Assembly (NCBI RefSeq): GCF_004010195.1
Contig: NC_057718.1
Coordinates: 40,358,712 to 40,422,711, forward strand
Reading direction: 5' to 3'
DNA: 64,000 nt
From: Chiloscyllium plagiosum
Lineage: Eukaryota
Part shown: piece by piece, positions 13,170 through 24,370 of the stretch
Layout of the letters: each line of letters starts with the position of its first letter
How positions within the stretch are numbered: the first letter of the stretch is position 1
Notes under the pieces: model-generated
What the model was told of the DNA's origin: nothing
The model's input: the letters and a program-made list of their open reading frames with translations, nothing else
The model's database searches: none
Program-made: the position numbers and the translations under genes

Positions 13170-13870
13170 TGAGACATTGGCTGATCTATTGGGATGAGGG
13201 GGTAGGGTGCAGGTTGAAAGCAAGAAAAAAAAACCCTCCTACAGACAAAATCAATAACCGGTAACACTTGACTTGCCGTACGTGAGTGATGTTTGTTTTG
13301 GAGAGACGCCACATCTGTGCTATAGCAGCCCACCTTGCAGTCCCCGGCAATGGGTAGATCCCGGTGCAGGAACTGCCGCCTGCTCTTCATGTTGGTGATC
13401 ACTGCCGGCTTCTTCGTGGTCGAGCTGGTGGTCGGGCACATGGGCAACTCCCTGGCGCTGGTGTCCGACTCCTTCAACATGCTGTCCGACCTGATCTCGC
13501 TGGTGATCGGCCTGCTGGCGGCCACCCTCGGCAAGATCACGAGGCACCCCCGCAACACGTACGGCTTCGCCCGGGCCGAGGTGGTGGGCGCGCTGGCCAA
13601 CGCCGTCTTCCTCACCGCTCTAACCTTCACCATCCTGGTCGAGGCCATCATCCGCCTCATCCGGCCCCAGAGGATCGACGACGTGGAGCTGGTGCTGATG
13701 GTGGGCGCCCTCGGGCTGGCGGTGAACATCATCGGGCTCATCCTCTTCCAGGACTGTTGCTTCAAGAGACAAGTGTCCGGCAGCCCCACAGGTGCCTGAC
13801 GGTTTCTAGTTCAGAAACTAAAACGTGAAGGTCGCCTGGGGCCAAGTGCCTCCCCATTGACCAGGTTGGC
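13170..13870 (+). promoter_or_regulatory. CpG-island-like promoter and first exon of SLC30A10, with inverted CCAAT boxes and an RCGTG element
   Basis: Sharp rise in GC and CpG. ATTGG at 13176 and 13188, TACGTG at 13279-13284. Confidence 0.6.
13350..13791 (+). CDS. SLC30A10: SLC30A10 (ZnT10, Mn exporter of the CDF family) coding exon 1
   Basis: ATG in good Kozak context (gcaATGg). Protein MGR...CRLLFML...DSFNMLSD...TYGFARAEVVGAL...LFQDC has Asn43, which is diagnostic of ZnT10 (ZnT1 has His). Donor ACAG|GTGCCT is phase 1, with an in-frame stop just after it. Lies next to EPRS1 as in human. Confidence 0.95.
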
Positions 13871-14139
13871 CGGTTATACTGGGCTTGGTCAGTTACCCCT
13901 GCTTCGTTTTAACTCATTAAAACAAGCTTCCAGTCCAAATTACAGGCGATTGGGAACAACGTGGACTACTCAACGCGCAAACATTTATCACATTTTCTTG
14001 TCTGTCATTTTGCAGCAATTTATTTTGTGTAATATTCAGTGCGGTGTATTAGTGTCTTGAGAGCTCGTCAACTTTCACCTAGTTTCCTAAGAAGGTGGCC
14101 GATGATCGAATTTTTCTTGTGTGTGTTTTTTTTCTCCAG

Positions 14140-14214
14140 GTTACTTGGCAACCGACGCCGGAGAACAAAGAGAAAACAAAGCACCAGCAACTGCATCAGC
14201 TTTAAATATTCGAG
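14140..14214 (+). CDS. SLC30A10: SLC30A10 exon 2: (G)YLATDAGEQRENKAPATASALNIR(G)
   Basis: Strong acceptor ttttttctccag and donor GTAACA. 75 nt, phase 1-1. Ends in the conserved ALNIRG motif before TM5. Confidence 0.92.
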
Positions 14215-14544
14215 GTAACACAATAGGCAGGAATGTTAGAGTCGCCCTGAGGTTGTGACTCGATTGTTTAACTCAACGAATTGAAAACGCAGCTTCGGAG
14301 GATTAGGAATTAACAGCAATTATATGATTTTTTTCCACATGACCCCCATCCTCTTTTCGGATCCCTGATTTAATATAGATATTCAGATACTGTACCCTGC
14401 AAAGATCTTACTGAAATAAAACAAAATCAGCAGGTCTGGCAGCATCTGTGGAGAGAAAGCAGAGTTAACGTTTTGGATCCAGTCACCCTTCTTCAGAACT
14501 CAGATTCTTACTGCATTATAAATTGCCTTAGCATTGCAAACATT

Positions 14545-14990
14545 AAGTCATAGAGTCATACAGCATGGAGTCCACACAGACCATGTTCCCAGACTAAACT
14601 AGTCCCACTTGCCTGCACTTGGCCCATATCCTGCCAAGTTGAAAAATGTGATGCTGGAAAAACACAGCAGACCAGGCAGCATCCGAGGAGCAGGAGAATC
14701 GACGTTTCGGGCATAAGCCCTTCTTCAGGAATGACTTTCTCCATATCCTGCCAAACCTTTTCTATTCATGAACTGATCCAAATGTCTTTTAAACATTGTG
14801 ACTGTAACCGCATCCACCACTTTTTCTGCCAGTTCATTCCACACACGGGCCACTGTCTGTATAAAAAAAGTTGCCCATCATGTCCTTCTAAAATTCTTCT
14901 CCTTTCACCCTAAAAAAATGCCTCCTAGTTTTGAACTCCCCACCCTAGGGAAAAGACCCCTGCCATTTACATTATCAATATCCTTCATCT
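14545..14990 (-). mobile_element. CR1 3' end fragment containing a nested Penelope-like insert
   Basis: Similar to 19323-19700, with a (GAGTCATA) tail. Confidence 0.8.
14638..14740 (-). mobile_element. Family A Penelope-like short element with hammerhead core and 14-bp TSD
   Basis: CCATATCCTGCCAA at 14624-14637 and 14741-14754. The minus strand reads CTGAAGA-A-GGGC-TTAT-GCCC-GAA-ACGT-C. Confidence 0.8.
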
Positions 14991-16155
14991 TTTCTAGTAG
15001 TTTTAAATGTCCAGTATTAAAAACAAAAGCCTCTCATTCAGCACCATTTTGTATAAGGTTGTCATAGTCTTGCCAAACCATATGGCTGCACCCTCATTGC
15101 AGAGCGATGATTGATGGTGGTTTGACCTGAGAATCACCACACTTCAGGTGAGGGGGGAGGTTGAGAAGGAGAGCCCTTCGTGGTGACCTCAGCTGGTATA
15201 AGAAATGAACCCACCCTGTTGGCATCACTCTCCATTGTAAGCCAACAGTCCAGCTAACTGACCCCACATTTTACACAGCATTTAAAAAGATGCTCATGAA
15301 TCTCTGTGGCATTGCTCCCAGTAATTGAGTGAATACATTGTTTCATTACAATAGGAGCAATAGAGCTCTGCTGCTTAGCTGCAGTTTTAGTTGGCCACAA
15401 AGTTTAATTGTTGCAAATTCTGAGAGCCTAAAGCTTAATTGTCTAACAAACTACTACTATCACCAGCATGGAAAATCTGAAATTAGTTTTCCCACAAAAT
15501 TCTGCCATGACATGTTATAACATATGCCTAATTTTCATATGTTTTCTCCAGTGCTGTATCTGGTAACGCTGATGCAATCCTCTCAGAAGAATGAAAGCTG
15601 ATCTTTTGAAACATAAAAGATTCTGAGGGGGCTTGACAGAATAGATGCTGAGAGGATATTTCCTCTTATGGGGGGATCCAGAACTGGAGGAGTTCCAAAA
15701 AAAGAGATGAGAAATTTCTTTTTTCAGAAGATTGTAAGTGTTTGGAATTCACTTTCTTGGTGAGCACAGAAGGCAAGGCTGTTGAATATAGTCATGGCTG
15801 AATCAGACAGATTTTGATTGAAAGAGAGTTGAGGTTTAGAAACAGAGAATGCTGGAAAACTCAGAAGGTGGAGTTTTCTCTCTGTGGAGAGAAGAATAAT
15901 GTTAAAGTTTTGAGTCCAAAATTCTTCTTCAGAGTTATTGGAAAAAGAGTCAATCGACCCAAAATGTTAAATGTGTTTCATTTTCTAAAAATGCTGATAA
16001 ACCTGCTGAGTTTCTCCACCATTCTGTGTTTTTATCTCATACCTCCAGTGTCTGCATAATTTAGCTTTTATTATGAGGAGTAGACAGAACAGCGGACTTA
16101 AGGCTGAAGTCAAATCAACCATGATCTTATTGAATGGCAAGGCAGGCTTGCAGGA

Positions 16156-17625
16156 CATAAGAACATAAGAAATAGGAGCAGGAGTAGGCCATTGTGCCTG
16201 CTCTGCCATTTCAGTCAGATCATTGCTGATCTTTCTGTGGATTCAACTCCACTTACCCGCCTGCTCACCATAACCTTAAATTACTTCACTGCTCAAAAAT
16301 CTATCTTACCTTTGCCTTAAAAACATTCAGCGCGGTAGCCTGAACTGCCTCGCTGGGCAGGGAATTCCACAGATTCACAACCCTTTGGGTGAAGAAGTTC
16401 CTCCTCAACTCAGTCCTGAATCTGCTCCCCCTTAATTTGAGGCTATGCCCCTCGTTCTAGTTTCACCCACTGGTGGAAACAGTATCCCTACTTCTATCTT
16501 ATATATTTCCTTCATAATTTCTATGTTTCTATAAGATCCCCCATTGTTCTTTTAAATTCCAATGAATTTAGCCCCAATGTACTCAGTTTCCCCTCATATG
16601 CCAATCTTCTCCATTCTGGAATCAACCTATTGAATCTACTAGGCACCTCTGCAGTACCAGTACATCCTTTCTCAAGTAAGTAGACCAAAACTGTACTCAG
16701 CACTCCAGGCATGGCCTCACCAGCACCCTATACAGCAGCAGCATAACCTCCCTATTTTTAAACTCCATCCCTGTAGTAATGAAGGACAATATTCCATTTG
16801 CCTTCTTAATTACCTGCTGCCCCACAACCATTTTTCTGTGATTCATGCCCAAGGACACCAAATCCCTCTGCATAGCAGCATGTTGCAAATTTTCACCGTT
16901 GAAATAATAGTCCATTTTGTTGTTATTTCTATCATAATAGATGACCTCACATTTACCAACATTGCACTCCATCTGCCAGACCCTTGCCCACTCACTTAAC
17001 CTATCTATATCCCTCTGCAGATTTTGAATGTCCTTTGCACACTTTGCTGTACCACACATTTTAATGTCATCTGTAAACTTTGGCATACTACATTTGATCA
17101 AAGTGAGGACTGCTGGAGATCAGAGTCAGGAGTGTGGTGCTGGAAAAGCACAGCTGGTCAGGCAGCATCCGCAGAGTAGGAGAATCGACATTTCAAGCAT
17201 AAGCCCTTCAGGCTTCCTCATGAAGGGCTTATGTCTGAAATATCGATCCTTCTGCTTCTTGGATGCTGTCTGACCTGCTGTGCTTTTCCAGCACCACACT
17301 CTCCACATTAAACTTGGTCCCCAACTCTAAATCATCTATGTCAATTGTAAACAATTGTAGTCCCAATACTGATCCCTGAGGCACACTGCTATCCAACCAG
17401 AAAAACACCCATTTATCTCCGCACTTTGCTTTCTGTTAATTGACCAATCCTTTATCCATGCTAATACATTACCCAAAATGCCTAGCACCTTTATGTTATA
17501 CAGCAGCCTTTTGTGTGGCACCTTGTTGAAAGCCTTCTGGAAATCCAGATACACTACTTCCACTGGTTCCCTGTTGTCTACCATGCTCATACTGTTGTCA
17601 AAGAATTCCAGTAAATTTGCTAAAT
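16156..17625 (-). mobile_element. CR1 LINE of a second subfamily, RT and 3' end
   Basis: ORFs with YLDFQKAFNKVPH, KFTDD and LYRVLVRPCLE, plus an (ACATAAGA) tail. Confidence 0.88.
17099..17305. mobile_element. Family A palindromic element (older), nested in a CR1
   Basis: Two inverted copies of the family A unit with degenerate hammerhead cores. Confidence 0.75.
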
Positions 17626-18246
17626 TAGACTCAGTGGCCTACTCTTGCTCTCTTTTTTTAACGGTCTTATGGCTGTTTAGTTTGAGAATTAAATGTTAAC
17701 AAGTTCAGTGAGGAAAACTCTGGTAAATGTTTAGAGGCCAGAAAACTATGTCAACCTAAGGTATTTACAATCCACAGGCTTATTGGATAAATTCAAAGTT
17801 TAAAGGTGAGAGTTATGCAATGGAAGTGGGATTACTTAGCTAAAGACTGGATAAGTAATGTCTGCAGTTATTCCAATAAAGGATATAAGTTACTTATGTG
17901 GCTTTTTGGAATTAAGGAAAGCTTTGGAACTGAAAGATAGTTTATTTGCATTTTTTTTCTTTATTCATTCACAGTTTGGGGGCACTGCCAGCCAGGCAGC
18001 ATTTATTGCCCATCCATAATTTACCCAGGGGGCAATTAAGAGTCAACCGCATTGCTGTGAGTCTGGAGTCACATATAGACCAGACCAAGTACGGATGGCA
18101 GTTGCCTTCCCTAAAGGACATTTCTACCTGGGAACAGGCCATGTATGTCACATTGCCATAAAGATGGCTGTTGTGCAACAGAATTGTATTTGAATTTACC
18201 TTTGCAAGTTAATGTAGTGCACAGCCAGCAGGACAACACTAGTTGA

Positions 18247-18353
18247 TCAGAAACAAAACCAGAAATTGCTGGAAAAACTCAGTAGATCTAGCAGTATCTC
18301 CAGAGAGAAATCAGAACTAATGTTTCGGGTCCAGTGACCCTTCCTCAGAACTG
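18247..18353 (-). mobile_element. Family B Penelope-like short element with hammerhead core
   Basis: The minus strand reads AGTT-CTGAGGA-A-GGGTC-ACTG-GACCC-GAA-ACAT-T-AGTT. Related older copies lie at about 600-730, 4770-4910, 8970-9070, 12905-13010, 14410-14502, 15840-16060, 32810-32905, 37250-37365, 37530-37625, 56512-56650 and 58720-58925. Confidence 0.7.
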
Positions 18354-18450
18354 AGGACTGGATTGATGTTTGGAAAGTAATTAAAAGGCTGAGCCAGCTA
18401 TGGGACTTAGTAGTTTGAAGTGCATTAGCAGTTGGGAGATAAAGCCAGAC

Positions 18451-18656
18451 ATGGAAATGTGTTGCTGGAAAAGCGCAGCAGGTCAGGCAGCATCTAGGGA
18501 ACAGGAGAATCGACGTTTCGGGCATTAGCCCTTCTTCAGGAATGCCCGAAACGTCGATTCTCCTGTTCCCTAGATGCTGCCTGACCTGCTGCGCTTTTCC
18601 AGCAACACATTTCCATCTCTGATCTCCAGCATCTGCAGACCTCACTTTCTCCTCAA
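18451..18656. mobile_element. Family A palindromic element with 14-bp TSD
   Basis: AGATAAAGCCAGAC at 18437-18450 and 18657-18670. Inverted arms meet at about 18543. Confidence 0.85.
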
Positions 18657-19322
18657 AGATAAAGCCAGACCTACACTTAAAGTAGAGTAAATGCAGATCT
18701 ACCGTCATGATGTAGCCTGTGATAGGTAGCGGCAATTCAGTTTAAGACAAAATTAACTGGAAGATTTATTTTATTGGGGAAGAAATTGAAATAATCCTTT
18801 ATGAAAGGCAGTTAACTTTGTTGTAGTTGGAGTTCTGGAGATAATCAACTTTGTCGCAATCGCTATTGGAAGCCATGATTTAAGCCACTGCGAAGGAGTC
18901 ACAAGTATGCCCAGGTTTGAACTGTGGGATGCAGAGTTGTGAAGTTTTAAAGGAATGTTGGAATGTCACTGAGCCCAAGTGAATGGAAGGACTTCCTCAA
19001 AATCCTGTACCTTGCCGATTGGTAGAAAATTGAAGAGAAATCAAAGTAAATTCTAGAAAACTGTGATCTCCATTTCGGGCTGTACCCAGGAAAAGTAAAT
19101 GAGAGTGTGGTGAAGGCAAATTCAATTGAGGCATTCAAGAGAGAATTGGATTATTATCTGAAAAGAAAGAATGTACAGAGCTATGGTGAGAAGTCAGGGG
19201 AGTGGCACCAAGTAAAATTGCTCCAATGTGGAGTGGGCTCAGGTATGACAGGCCATTGGTGTGTTTTATATTCTAACGATTTTGTGATTCAGTTTTATAA
19301 TTTTATTGTGCAGCCAACAAAA

Positions 19323-22300
19323 GAGTCATAGAGTCACAGAGATGTACAGCATGGAAACAGACCCTTCGGTCCAACCTGTCCATGCTGACCAGATATCCCA
19401 AACCAATCTAGTCCCACCTGCCAGCACCCGGCCCATATCCGTCCAAACCCTTCATATTCATATACCCATTCAAATGCCTCTTAAATGTTGCAATTGTACC
19501 AGCCTCCACCACATCCTCTGGCAGCTCATTCCACACATGTACCACCATCTGCGTGAAAAAGTTGCCCCTTAGGTTTTTTTTATATCTTTCCCCTTTCACC
19601 CTAAACCTATGCTCTCTTGTTCTGGACTCCCCGACCCCAGGGAAAAGACTTTGTCTATTTATCCTATCCATGCCCCTAATGATTTTGTAAACCTCTATGA
19701 GGTCACCCCTCAGCCTCCGACGCTCCAAAGAAAACAGCCTCAACCTGTTCAGCCTCTCCCTGTAGCTCAGATCCTCCAACCCTGGCAACATCCTTATAAA
19801 TCTTTTCTGAACCCTTTCAAGTTTCACAACATCTTTCTGATAGGAAGGAGACCAGAATTGCATGCAATATTCAAACAAGTGGCCTAACCAATGTCCTGTA
19901 CAGCTGCAACATGACCTCCCAACTTCTGTACTCAACACTCTGACCAACAAACGAAAGCATACCAAATGCCTTCTTCACTATCCTATCTACCTGCGACTCC
20001 ACTTTCGAGAAGCTATGAACTTGCACTCCAAGGTATCTTGTTCAGCAACACTCCCTCGGACCTTACTATTAAGTGTATAAGTCCTGCTAAGATTTGCTTT
20101 CCCAAAATGTAGCACCTTGCATTTATCTGAATTAAACTCCATTTGCCACCTCAGCCCATTGGCCCATCTGGTCCAGATCTTGTTGTAATCTGAGGTAACC
20201 CTCTTCGCTGTCCACTACACCTCCAATTTTGGTGTCATCTGCAAACTTACTAACTGTACCTCTTATGCTCGCATCCAAATCATTTATGTAAATGACAAAA
20301 AGTAGAGGGCCCAGCACCGATCCTTGTGGCACTCCACTGGTCACAGCCCTCCAGTCTGAAAAACAACCCCCTACCACCACCCTCTGTCTTCTACCTTTGA
20401 GCAAATTCTGTATCCAAATGGCTAGTTCTCCCTGTATTCCCCCATGATATCTAAGCTTGCTAATCAGTCTCCCATGGGGAACCTTGTCGAATGCCTTACT
20501 GAAATCCATATAGATCACATCTACCACTCTGCCCTCATCAATCTTCTTTGTTACTTCTTTAAAAACCTCAATCAAGTTTGTGAGACATGATTTCCTCAGT
20601 CAGTCCTTGCCTTTCCAAATACGTGTACATCCTGTCCCTCAGGATTCCCTCCAACAACTTGCCCACCACTGAGGTCGGGCTCACCGGTCTATAGTTCCCT
20701 GGCTTGTCTTCATTGCTCTTCTTAAACAGTGGCACCACGTTTGCCAACCTCCAGTCTTCCGGCACCTCACCTGTGACTATCGATGATACAAATATCTCAG
20801 CAAGAGTCCCAGCAATCACTTCTCTAGCTTCCCACAGAGTTCTCGGGTACACTTGATCAGGTCCTGGGGATTTATCCACTTTTAACCATTTCAAGACATC
20901 CAGCACTTCCTCCTCTGTAATCTGGGTCCTTAATATATTTGTAAAAACCCTTTGGATTCTCCTTAATTCTATTTGCCAAAGCTATCTCATATCCCCGTTT
21001 TGCCCTCCTGATTTCCCTCTTAAGTATACTCCTACTTTCTTTGTACTCTTCTAAGGATTCACTCGATCTAGCCTGTCTATACCTGACATATTCTTCCTTC
21101 TTTTTCTTAACCAAACCCTCAATTTCTTTAGTCATGCAGCATTCCCTATACCTACCAGCTTTCCCTTACACCCTGACAGTAAGGGTTCTTGTTATCTCAT
21201 TTCTGAAGGCTTCCCATTTTCCAGCCATCCCTTTACCTGCGAATATCTGTTTCCAATCAGCTTTCGAAAGGTTTTGCCTAATATCATCAAAATTGGCCTT
21301 TCTCCAATTTAGAACTTCAACTTTTAGATATGGTCTATCCTTTTCCATCACTATTTTAAAACGAATAGAATTATGGTCGCTGGCCCCAAAGTGCTCCCCC
21401 ACTGACACCTCAGTCACCTGCCCTGCCTTATTTCCCAAGAGTAGGTCAAGTTTTTCACCTTCTCTAGTAGGTACATCCACATACTGAATCAGATAATTGT
21501 CTTGTACACACTTAAGAAATTCTTCTCCATCTAAACCTTTAACACAATGGCAGTCCCAGTCGATGTTTGGAAAGTTAAAATCCCATACTATAACTACCCT
21601 ATTATTCTTACAGATAGCTGAGTTCTCCTTACAAGTTTGTTTCTCAATTTCCCTCTGACTATTGGGGGGTCTATAATACAATCCCAATAAGATGAACATC
21701 TCTTTCTTATTTCTCCGTTCCACCCAAATTACTTCCCTGGATGTATTTCCGGGAATATCCTCCCTCAGCACAGCTGTAATGCTATCCCTTATCAAAAATG
21801 CTACTCCCCCTCTTCTTTTGCCTCCCTTTCTATCCTTCCTGTAGCATTTGTATCCCGGAGCATTAACTGCCAGTGCTGCCCATCCCTGAGCCATGTTTCC
21901 GTAATTGCTATGATATCTCAATCCCATGTTCCTAACCATGCACTGAGTTCATCTGCCTTCCCTGTTAGGCCCCTTGCATTGTAATAAATGCAGTTTGATT
22001 TATTAGTCCTACCTTGTCCCTGCCTGCCCTGACTGTTTGATTCACTTCTGTTCTCAGCTGTACCCGTCTCAGATCGATCTCTTTCCTCACTATCTCCCTG
22101 GGTCCCACCCTCCCACCTTACTAGTTTAAATCCTCCCAAGCAGTTCTAGCAAATTTCCCTGCCAGTTTATTAGTCCCCTTCCAATTTAGGTGCAATCCGT
22201 CCTTCTTGTACAGGTCACTTCTACCCCAAAAGAGCTTCCAATGATCCAAAAATGTGAATCCTTCTCCCATACACCAGCTCCTCAGCCATGCATTCATCTG

Positions 22301-22390
22301 CTCTATCCTCCTATTCCTGCCCTCACTAGCTCGTAGCACTGGGAGTAATCCAGATATTACTACCCTTGAGGACCTCCTTTTTAAATTTCT
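19323..22390 (-). mobile_element. Long, young CR1-clade LINE: ORF1 SGNH-esterase C-terminus (22121-22390), ORF2 APE endonuclease (21166-21939), frameshifted RT (19408-20906) and 3' tail
   Basis: ORF1-like ...FLDHWKLFWGRSDLYKKDGLHLN. Endonuclease motifs YYRPPN, DFNFPNIDW and SDHN. RT motifs PGPD, NYRPVS, DFSKAFD, GVPQGSVLGP and FADD. Has frameshifts and an internal deletion near 20925, and is cut by the gap. Confidence 0.95.
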
Positions 22391-23024
22391 NNNNNNNNNN
22401 NNNNNNNNNNNNNNNNNNNNNNNNNNNNNNNNNNNNNNNNNNNNNNNNNNNNNNNNNNNNNNNNNNNNNNNNNNNNNNNNNNNNNNNNNNNNNNNNNNNN
22501 NNNNNNNNNNNNNNNNNNNNNNNNNNNNNNNNNNNNNNNNNNNNNNNNNNNNNNNNNNNNNNNNNNNNNNNNNNNNNNNNNNNNNNNNNNNNNNNNNNNN
22601 NNNNNNNNNNNNNNNNNNNNNNNNNNNNNNNNNNNNNNNNNNNNNNNNNNNNNNNNNNNNNNNNNNNNNNNNNNNNNNNNNNNNNNNNNNNNNNNNNNNN
22701 NNNNNNNNNNNNNNNNNNNNNNNNNNNNNNNNNNNNNNNNNNNNNNNNNNNNNNNNNNNNNNNNNNNNNNNNNNNNNNNNNNNNNNNNNNNNNNNNNNNN
22801 NNNNNNNNNNNNNNNNNNNNNNNNNNNNNNNNNNNNNNNNNNNNNNNNNNNNNNNNNNNNNNNNNNNNNNNNNNNNNNNNNNNNNNNNNNNNNNNNNNNN
22901 NNNNNNNNNNNNNNNNNNNNNNNNNNNNNNNNNNNNNNNNNNNNNNNNNNNNNNNNNNNNNNNNNNNNNNNNNNNNNNNNNNNNNNNNNNNNNNNNNNNN
23001 NNNNNNNNNNNNNNNNNNNNNNNN
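22391..23024. other. Assembly gap (634 N)
   Basis: Run of n characters. Confidence 1.
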
Positions 23025-23669
23025 AACAAGTGGCTTCCTCCATTCAAGTGTACTGAACTCATGTGTTAGAATTGTAGTTAGACTAAACCTAGCATAAAAA
23101 CACTTGAATTAACAAATCCTAAGTATTTTTTTAAATGACATTTAAAATTATAGGGAAACAACTCTCTGGCATGGGAAGAAACCTTAACTTGTGCAAGTAG
23201 GAAGTCTCGTTTCTTCAGCTTTTAATGATGATTGACATTTTTTAGAAGACATTAATTATTTGTATCTTATCCCATGACTCTTACCTTTCTCTTTAAGTGA
23301 AATTTTTTTTTCTCTCTCTCTCTACTTCACTTCTTGTACCTGACATGATGTGGAATTTACTATTCTGCCATTAGTGATTCTTCGTGAAGGAGCTACACAG
23401 TTAGTTATCTTCCTTATTCACACCAATCCCCTACATCTGGCACTGCGAATTTCAGTCGTGGTACTCACTGCAGCGTACTGTGCAAAAATAAAACCCCAAG
23501 TGGGGCTGGGGCTGGTGGGGGAAGGCTCTGTGCAACTGGCGGGTCTTAGTGAACGGCGAGTGGCTCAGCTGGCCCATGGCACTGTCCTGGGGGTGGGGGC
23601 GTGGTTCGTTAACGCTGACATTTAAACACTGGAGCGAACCGTTCGCCATCCTAAAGACGTTTCACTCAC

Positions 23670-23766
23670 TTATCAGGGCGGCGTTCGTGGTTTCTTTGCG
23701 AAAGCGGAATTTCTTAAGCTTTTCCAACAGCTGTTCGTCGACGCCACACAAACTCACTGGACAGCT
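23670..23766 (-). pseudogene. Orphan glia maturation factor (GMF, ADF-H family) exon 2: [32 protein letters not shown]
   Basis: Manual translation of the minus strand aligns without gaps to the GMF N-terminus ([32 protein letters not shown], recalled). Acceptor CCCCCAG and donor A|GTGAGT are intact. 97 nt, phase 0 to 1. GMFB versus GMFG cannot be resolved, and no downstream exons were found. Confidence 0.85.
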
Positions 23767-24045
23767 CTGGGGGTGGGGGTACACACAAGACAGCCCGTTT
23801 CAAACAAAAAAATAACGACAAGAGCAAAGATAGACATTGCGCAAAAACCCACCCCTCGGCCAATCTTACTTCAAATCTGATTTTGAAAAATCACGGCGTG
23901 TCTGGTTTTAATGCGGATTTCCACACCACCCTCCGGAAAACAGAACAACAACCGACTGAGGAAAACAACTTGAGTGTTTTATTTTTAGGCCGTGCCGCCG
24001 CCGCCACCTCCCTCCAGGCCGGCCGTCTCCCCGGTGACGGGGCCC

Positions 24046-24136
24046 TCTCTTCTCTCTTCTCTCCTCTCTCCTCTCTCCTCTCTCCTCTCTCTTCTCTCCT
24101 CTCTCCTCTCTCCTCTCTCCTCTCTCCTCTCTCTCT
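24046..24136 (+). repeat. (CTCTCCT)n polypyrimidine micro/minisatellite
   Basis: About 12 copies of a 7-bp unit. Confidence 0.95.
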
Positions 24137-24154
24137 GTCCTGCATTGTCCTCAC

Positions 24155-24370
24155 CATGTGCGTCCTTTGTCTGCTCTTCTCCCTTTTAAACTGCTGTTGT
24201 TTTGACTTTTTTTACCAAAGTTCCAAAACAATGCAACAACATATAAAACAGTAATTGCTGCTCCTGGAATTCAAGGAAATCACCTCCAACACTTAAAAAA
24301 CCTCAAAAAAAGGAGCAGCTCTTACAGCCAGAAATTTTTCCCGTTCTCCATTTTGGATTACCCAGAATCC
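24155..24370 (-). other. Candidate first exon ending in ATG|GTGAGG, or the 5' UTR of a LINE
   Basis: The minus strand begins GGATTCTGGGTAATCCAAAATGGAG (YY1-like) and has CACATG|GTGAGG at 24157-24149, in phase with the GMF exon 388 nt downstream. Confidence 0.4.

Noticed and set aside
13055..13828. Long antisense ORF (244 aa) and alternative-frame ORFs over SLC30A10 exon 1
   Set aside because: Shadow ORFs caused by the very high GC content at third codon positions. No recognisable protein.
22121..23097. ORFs of 220-313 aa spanning the gap
   Set aside because: Artefacts of the N run. Only 22121-22390 (CR1 ORF1) is real.
23883..24254. ORFs with LSPLSSL / ERGERRE repeats
   Set aside because: Translations of the 7-bp microsatellite.
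23425..24370. AATCC at both ends of the GMF-containing block as a TSD
   Set aside because: Only 5 bp and the left boundary is uncertain, so it cannot be told from chance.
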